Part shown: positions 7,407 to 16,400 of the stretch, piece by piece
Position numbering within the stretch: the first letter of the stretch is position 1
Layout: each line of letters starts with the position of its first letter
Origin: Candidatus Heimdallarchaeota archaeon
GTDB taxonomy: Archaea > Asgardarchaeota > Heimdallarchaeia > Heimdallarchaeales > Heimdallarchaeaceae
Length of the DNA: 32,000 bases
Reading direction: 5' to 3'
Assembly: GCA_030668875.1 (NCBI GenBank)
Contig: DAOVER010000020.1
Span: 1-32,000, forward strand
The notes under the pieces: generated by a model
Database searches by the model: none
What the model was told of the DNA's origin: nothing
What the model saw: only the letters and a program-made list of their open reading frames with translations
Program-made: the position numbers and the translations under genes

Positions 7407-10400
7407 ATGAAAACAATTGAACAAATAAAGAAAGAACTTAAAGTACGATATCCCATTTTGGGATATTCACCTAGAGGAATAGAAGATCCAAGTTTATCAA
7501 TAGCCCTTTCATCGAATGGTGGAATAGGTTTAATTGATCTTGAAGGCTTAACAGAAACTAAAACTAAAAAAATTATTTTCAAATGTCTTAAGGAGATTCC
7601 AACAGATAAACAATGGGGAGTAAGAGTATCTAATGAAGAACAGCTGAAGTGGTTATTAGACTTTGATAGTATTCCAATTATCATTATCTCTTCTAGCTTT
7701 GAAAATTATTCAAGGATAGATGAAAAACCTAAATGTAATTGGAAAATCGCAGAAGTTAATAATCTCACTGAGGCACATGAAAAAGCATCACAAGTAGACT
7801 TCTTTCTAGTTAAAGGAATAGAAGCTGGCGGGAAAGTAGGAGAGAAATCCTCTTTCATATTAATTCAAGAATTTTATGATTCTGGTTATCCTTTTCTGAT
7901 TCAAGGTGGGTTAGGCTATTACAATTTAGTAGGAGCTTTTATTGGAGGTGCTATTGGTGTTGTTCTTGAAGGACAACTGTATCTTCTTCCTGAATGTCCA
8001 TTGGATGATCAAACAAAGAATTACCTCGCCAGTCTTGATGAAAATGATACGTATCTGGTTGGAGAGGAATTAGATTTCAAATATCGATTAGCGGGGAAAA
8101 TAGCTAACCAGTCTATTAGAAATTTAAAGAATCTATCTAAGCAATCTGAAAAAGCAGTTGACATTTTACAAACAGTGGAAAATCTAGCAAAAGAATCTTT
8201 ATTCTTTGCTGATGAAAGTGTTAAAAATACACTATTACCTTTAGGTGTTGATGTTTGTTTTGCCAAATTCATAAAATCAAAATTTACCAATTTAGCTTCA
8301 TTTCTGGAAGGTATATCAGTTCTTATGAGAGAACAATTGGATTCTATTTCAAAAGAGTGGCCATTTGCAGAAAATAGTGATTTTGCACGAAGTATAGGAG
8401 TTCAATATCCAATAATTCAAGGTCCTATGGCAAATATCACTGACTACCCGAGTTTTGGTAAGGAGGTTTTAGCAAAAGGAGCGTTACCAGTATTTGCACT
8501 TGGTGGATTACTGAAAGATGAAGCTGAAGCAATGTTCCAAGAAATCCAGAAAACTTTTGATTCGAAGGATGTTTATGGTGGAGGTATAATAGGTTTAGAG
8601 GTGATTAAGGAAAGAAGAGAGGATCATATCGCTTTACTTCAGGAATACAATTCTCCAATATGTTTACTTGCTGCTGGGTCAGTCCAGCTTGCTAAAAGAA
8701 TCCAATCACTTGGTTTCAAAACACTATTTCATGCACCAGCATTGGCTTTGTTTAAAGATGCAGTGGATAATGATATCGAATACCTAATACTGGAAGGAAA
8801 TGAATGTGGAGGTCATATTGGCAATCAAACTTCCTTTATCTTATGGGAGAGTATTCTTCAATATCTTGATTCCATCCGAGACAAAGTAACCAATAAAATA
8901 AATGTCATTTTTGCTGGAGGAATTGCAGATGAAGTTGCATCAGCCATGCTTTCAGGTATGATTGGTTCTCATCTATCAGTTATCTCTCCAGGTATTCAGA
9001 TGGGTACTGGATATTTGTTTACAGAAGAAATCGTAGAAACTCAGGCACTAACCCAATTCTATCAAGAAAAATTGCTCAATTCTACACAGACCAAAGTTAT
9101 AGGTTCAACTGTAAATTCACGTGCTCGAGCAGTACCTACAATGTTCGTTCAAACAACTTTAGAACATGAACAAGAAAGATTGAGGCAAGGATTACCAATT
9201 AGAGAAAGAAAAGAATTGTATGAGAAAGATAACTTAGGAGCTTTAAGAATAGCTGCAAAAGGAGAAATGTGGAACAATGATCATGTTCCAGATGGAGATA
9301 CAACACAATTTGTTCCAATTTCATCAGATGTTCAACTTGAATCTGGAGTCTTTATGACGGGTGAAATTATTGGGAGAAAAAGGAATGTTTACCGAATAGA
9401 GGATTTGCATTTTGATGTAATTCAAAATGGTGAGTCATTCTTAGAAAACCAAATACGAAAAATAGAAACACTGATTGCAACATCTACAGGAACAGATGAA
9501 AAATTGGTTGACAAGATTAAATTGTCTACTAAAAACAAAATTGCTATCATAGGATTAGGCTGTGTTTTCCCTGATGCCTTGAATATTGAACAATATTGGA
9601 AGAATATTTTGAATAAGAAATACTCAATAACTGAGGTTTCCAAAGATAGATGGGATTCAAAATTATACTTCGATTCTGATAAGAATATTGAAGGTAAAAC
9701 ATATTCCAAAATAGGTGCTTTTGTCAAAGATTATAAGTTTGATTCAATTAAATATCGAATTCCTCCTAAAATGGCAGATCAGATGGATGATGTTCAAAAA
9801 TGGTCTTTAGAGGCAACAAGGCAAGCTTTGGAAGATGCAGGTCTACCTACTGATGGAAAAACCAGAACAAATATGGTTATTATAATTGGTAATTCTTTAG
9901 GAGGAGAAATTCAAAGATATACAAATAGAAGAGTCTTTTTCCCTGAAATTGAAGAGGTAATTAAGAATAATGACATTTTCCAAAAGTTAACTGTTTCTGA
10001 ACAAAAAGAATTTATTCAAAATTTAACAGAATCATATTCTCACAGATATCCAGCTGTTACAGAAGATTCCATGCCTGGAGAATTATCAAATGTTATAGCA
10101 GGAAGAATTGCAAATGTTTTCAATTTAACAGGAAAATCGATGACTACTGATGCTGCATGTGCATCTAGTATTGCTGCATTGGATACAGCGATAGCATCTC
10201 TTAATTCTAAAGACTATGACATCGCTTTAGTTGGGGGAGCAGATCGTTCAATGGATGTTTCTACTTATGTGAAATTCTGTAAAATTGGTGCTCTATCTGG
10301 AGTTGGATCCAGACCGTTTGATGAGAAAGCAGATGGTTTTGTTATGGGTGAAGGTGCTGGATTTATCGTCATCAAACGTTTAGAAGATGCTATTCGAGAT

Positions 10401-13400
10401 GAAAATAGAATCTATGCAACAGTATCTTCTATAGGTTCATCCTCAGATGGTAAAGGAAAGGGAATAACTGCTCCAAATCCTGAAGGACCTAAACAAGCTA
10501 TCTCTATGGCTTTGAAAAAAGCAAACATAAATGTTGATGATGTCCAATATATAGAAGCTCATGGGACCTCGACCATTGTAGGTGATGCCATTGAACTGGA
10601 AGTTCTTGATGATGTTTTTAAAGATAGAAATCGAGACAAAAAACTTGCCGTTGGGTCAGTTAAAAGTCAAATTGGTCATCTTAAAAGTGCAGCTGGAATC
10701 GCATCTATAATCAAAACTTCACTCTCATTGTACAACAAATTATTACCCCCATCTGCAAATGTGGAAACACTGAATCCAAAGATAAACTGGGAACAGTCTT
10801 CAGTATATGTCAATACAGAGGCAAACGAATGGAAAGTTAGTAGGAATGAAGTTAGAAGAGCTGGTGTGTCTGCATTTGGTTTCGGAGGTACAAATTATCA
10901 TGCGATTATGGAGGAATATGATAAGGATAAGATAACATTTCTATCAGAAGCTCCAGTAGGGAAAATTGTGTTGACACCAACTTCTCTTCTTGATACTCAA
11001 GTGGGAAGGAAAGAGAAAGAACAGCAAATTTGTTTTATGTATACTGGGCAAGGGAGCCAATACATTGGTATGATGGAAGCTTTAAGCAAACACTCGAACA
11101 TAATAGCAGAAACTTTAGAAACAGCTGAAAAAGTTTGGGAACATTATTATTCAATCAGCTTTAAAGAAATTCTCTTTGGCTCCCCTAATTTAACAAAGGA
11201 AGCTAATAGTCAACGTTTGACAAACACCAAGTTTACTCAACCTGCACTGTTTATTGTGGAAATCGCTCTCACTAGATATCTAGAACAAAAGGGTATCAAA
11301 CCCGACTTCGTTGCTGGACACAGTTTAGGTGAATATTCAGCTTTAGTTACTGCTGGTGTCCTTTCCTTCAAAGACGGTTTCAAGGCAGTTATTGCTAGAG
11401 GAAAAGCCATGTGTAGTGCAAGTAGTAAAACGGAAGGTTCAATGGCAGCTGTACTTGCAACAAGACACAAGGTCAAGGATATTGTCAACCGTGTTAAGGA
11501 TCATTATGTCACTATTGCAAATATAAACTCTCTTTCTCAAACAGTTATATCAGGGGACAATAAGGGGGTTGATGAAGCTATTGAACTAGCAAAAGAAGAG
11601 GGAATAACTGCAAAGAAGCTTAGAGTATCTACAGCTTTCCACTCCAAAATTGTTGCAAGCGTTGAGAAAGAGTTGAGAAAAGTTTTAGCAAATCTAACAT
11701 ACAACAAACCACAAATCCCCGTATTTAGTAATGTTTCTGGAAACAAATATCCATCTGATCCTGCTAAGGTACAACAATTACTTCTAGACCAGATATGTTC
11801 ATCTGTTCAATGGGTAGACGAAATTAAGGAGATTTACAAAGCAGGTGGAAGAGTATTTGTTGAAGTTGGTCCAAAAAGAGCTCTCCATTCATTTGCAAAA
11901 GATATTTTAAAAGACAGAAATGATATTCAAGTTTTTACCACTTTAACTCCAAAAGATGACGAGATTGATAAAATAGGTAAAACAATTGAGAGTATAGAAA
12001 AGACTTCTCAAACTGCTATTGAAGAAACTACTCATGTTTCTGAGAAAACAGACAAACCAGCTGATGCATATCAATCTCCAACAATTACCAAACCATTAGG
12101 AATTGAGCAACTAAGTAAAGATCAAACTTTACATGATTATCTGAAGATGGGTTACGATCTTTATTCCAGATATTCAGGCAAAGGTTCTACAGAGGAAGCA
12201 AAACGTGTAGCGCCTATTCAAGAATCATTCACTTCTAAAATCAAAATCGGTGTTACTGGTGTTGGAATTGGCATGCCAGGAAAGAGTAGGAATGTCTTTG
12301 ATGATGCTAATATAGATGCTGTCCTTTTGGGTGAAAATTTCATAGATTCTGTAGCTGATGAGATAAAACAAGAGATGCTCAATAAGAACATAATCAGATT
12401 AATTAAATCAGCTGATGGTAATGCTTCATTTGTAAGTATCGATGATAAGTCACAAGTAATCAATTTAGCAGGACAGATAGGAGAATTTAATCCAGTTGAA
12501 GATTTTGGTTTAAAACCTAAACTTGTGAATGCTTTAGATAAGTCCTTTCAATTAGCAATCTGTGCAGGTTTAGAAGCTCTAAAAGATGCTGGAATACCTC
12601 TAGTTAAATCTGAATTCACAACAACTACAGGAAAAGTGTTAGAAGGAGAATGGGTTTTACCTGAACAGCTTCAAAATGAGACAGGAGTAATCTTTGCTTC
12701 AGCTTTCCCCGGTTACGATTATCTAGTTAAAGAAATCACTGAACATTTAGCAACTAATTCCAAGAAGAGTTTCAGTAGAGAATTTCTATTTAGAGTACTC
12801 TCAATGGGTCATTCACAGTTTGCTCAATTGATTAAAGCAAAAGGACCAAACACACAGATAAATGCTGCATGTGCTTCAACAACACAAGCGATCGGAATAG
12901 CAGAAGATTGGATAAGAACTGGTAGGTGTAATAGAGTAATTGTTATAGCTGGAGATGTTGCTTCCAGTGAGAACCTATTACCTTGGATTGGAGCAGGTTT
13001 CCTAGTTGCTGGTGGAGTAACAACAAAAGATAAGGTTGAGGAAGCTGCAATACCCTTTGGTAAGAATAGACATGGATTGATTATTGGTTCTGCAGCTGCA
13101 GGATTAGTGTTAGAAAATGAACAAACCTACACTGAACGTGGGGTTAAACCCATTGTTGACCTTATAGGGACATCTTTCTCAAACAGTGCTTTCCATGGTT
13201 CAAAAATAGATGTTAAACACATTAATAGGGTGTTTGAATCCTTCATCAAGGATATAGAATCACAGCACAAGATTACACGAAAAGAGTTAGCTTCTGAAGG
13301 GATGTTTGTTTCTCATGAAACTTATACTCCCGCAAGAGGAGGAAGTGCGGAATCTGAAGTTGAATCTTTAAGGCACATTTTTGGAACAAATGTAGCAGAT

Positions 13401-16400
13401 TTAGTTATTATGAATACTAAGGGTTTCACTGGTCATTCAATGGGAGCTGGAATTGAGGAATGTATTGCAATTAAATCAATGGAAAAAGGTATAATACCAC
13501 CTATTGCAAACTTAAACGAAATTGATCCTAATTTCAAAGATTTAAACTTCTCAAAAGGTATGAAGAGGAGAGCCAAATATGCTATAAGATTAGCGGCAGG
13601 ATTTGGTTCTCAAATCGCTTTTACAGCATTCAAACTTAATACTTATGAAGATAGATATGACATTGATTCTTATGAATCTTGGTTAGCAGAATTAGGTGGA
13701 AACATAGAAGGTTTCTTCTATGACGGGAGAGTATTGAAACTTCGAACTAGCAAGAAATTGAAAAAACAAAGAGAATTGAAACCTGTGGTGAAACTTGCTA
13801 AAGCTCCAACAGAAGTTTCAGAAATCTTAAGGGATATAATTCAAGTCATAGCTGAAAAAACTGGTTATGAACCCCAACTCATTGAAGCTGATATGCATCT
13901 GGAAGAAGACCTAGGTGTTGACACAGTTAAACAAGCGGAGATTTTTGGTACTGTCAGAGACAACTGGGATTTAGGTTTTGACGATACAGTAAACTTAGCA
14001 GACTTCTCTACTCCAAATTCCATTGCAGAGTATATCGGAAGAAATACATCAAAGGTAGTTCAAGCTGTTGAGGAGGTTACAAAATCTGCAATCGTTCAAG
14101 TAGAGAACTTACAATCTAAAGTGATCGCGATTGTAGCTTCAACAACTGGTTATGAACCAGATACTATAGAAAGCGATATGGATCTCGAAGAAGATTTGGG
14201 TATCGATACCATTAAACAAGCAGAAATATTTGGTGAATTAAGAGATGTTCTTGATTTACCAATCGATGATACAGTCAACCTTGCAGAACTTAGAACAATT
14301 AGTGATATCTGTGATTACCTCGCTTCTCAAACCAGTGGAGTTGAGAAAGAAACAATTAACATTGAACATCAAACAGAAACAAAACCTGTTGAAAAGAAGA
14401 AAAGAAAAGATGCTGTAAATGTTGAAAAACTAATAACTGCCCCTGTTCCTTTGAATAAACAAGAAGCCGAAAAAATAGATATGCTTCCAAGAAGCAATCT
14501 TCTTATTGATTTATCATCAAAAACAGCTCAAACTATAGTTAAAGCTTTTGAAAAGCAAGGTGTGAACTACAAACTTTTCAAACTTCTTGCTCAAGAACCA
14601 AATGAACTTGAAAATAAGAACTATGATTCAATAATTATCATTCTACCTGGATCTAAATCTGAGCCAGGTTATATTGATCAAGAGATATACGAGAAGCTTT
14701 TCCTCCTTTTCCAAGGCTTAGAATTGAATTCCAACCAGATTCTTATGGCAATATCCTCGGAGAATTATTTTGGATTTGATAAGGATTCTTGTCCTCTTTC
14801 AGGTGGTGTTTCTGGTTTTATCAAAACTTTGGGACATGAGTTTAACATGAAGATAAAGCATGTTTACTCTGAAAAAATAAGTGAAATTCTTCAAGAAATG
14901 GAATATTGGGATGATTATCTAGAAATATCTTTTCAAAACAATATGCGTTTCACTTTAGTTTCTGCAGATGTTGATGAAAACGATGTCCAGATGAGCTCAA
15001 TATCGGTTTCAGACAAAGACATTATTCTAGCCACTGGAGGTGGAAGAGGAATTACTTTCAAATGTCTAGAAGAGTTGTGTTCAAGATCTAAACCCAAGGT
15101 TGCAATTATAGGAATTGAAGATATATCAAATTATACAGTAGATATGCTTGATTATACAGAAGAACAGCTGAAAGAGAAACGTCAGAAGATGATTGAAAAC
15201 CTCAAAGAAAAAGAAGAGAAAGTAACTCCTGTAATGATAGAAAGAAATTGGAATCGTTTCCTATTCGATTTAGATGTCTTAAGAAATATCAAGCAGCTTG
15301 AGAGCCAAGGAATTGAAGCAATCTATTCCAAAGTTGATGTAACTGATAAAAAAGCTGTAAAACAAGCTATATCAAAGATTGAAGAACAACTACAATCAAA
15401 AGTCACTCATATTATTCATGGTGCGGGATTAGAGGAATCTAAACAATTTAAGAAGAAGAAGTTTGGTCTTTCAAAACTCATAGTATCAGTAAAAGTAGAA
15501 GGAATATGGAACATATTGAATGCTATCGACGAGAAGAAATTGAAGAGATTGATTTGCTTTACTTCTATAGCGGGTAGATATGGGAATATGGGACAAATTG
15601 ACTATTCATTTGCCAATGGTTATCTCTCCAGATTATGTTGGAAGCTAAATCAAGAAGGAATTTCATCTTTAGCTTGTGATTGGTCAGCCTGGGGTAATGT
15701 AGGGATGGCTACTCGGGGTTCAATAATGGATATACTTGAATCTCAAGGTATCTATCCAATTCCACTTGATAAAGGTACAACACTTTTTGGTGATTTATTC
15801 TTTAGTGGTACTCAACCAGAAGTTGTTGTTTCATGTGGATTAGGTCCATTTGAACAATTAAAGCGAACTTCAAGCAAAATTGAGATGAATACCTTACCAA
15901 TGATTCAGAACCTATCATACGAAGAGTCAGTTTTCAAAGGAGAGAAAATAATTTCTACACTTACAGATTTGTATATGAATGATCACCAGATCCAAAACGT
16001 CCCATTCTTCCCTGGGGTAATGGGTATTGAGATGTTTGCAGAGATGTATAAACTAACAACATCAAAAACAGCTGATGTGTTTAAAGATATTGAATTCAAA
16101 TCTCCCGTCAAATTACCAAATATTGATAGTAAGACTGTTTTTGTGAAATATGATGTAGTTTCCAAAACTCTTCAACTTAACTCTGTGTTTATTTCAAAGG
16201 CTGATAGTTCTAGAACAAGAGAAAATGAACATTTCTTTACAAGAATAGAAACAAATGCAAAGAAAATTAGAAGTAGGAAGACTAAACATATCATTACAGA
16301 TTCAAGAATTGAACTCTTATCAAAGAGCGACATCTATTCTGTGTTCTTCCATGGTCCAAGCTTTCAAGTATTAGAGAAACTAGTGGAATTATCTGATGAA

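Noticed and set aside
12243-13637. KS2 as an inactive chain-length factor
   Set aside because: It retains Cys (NAAC) and both His residues.
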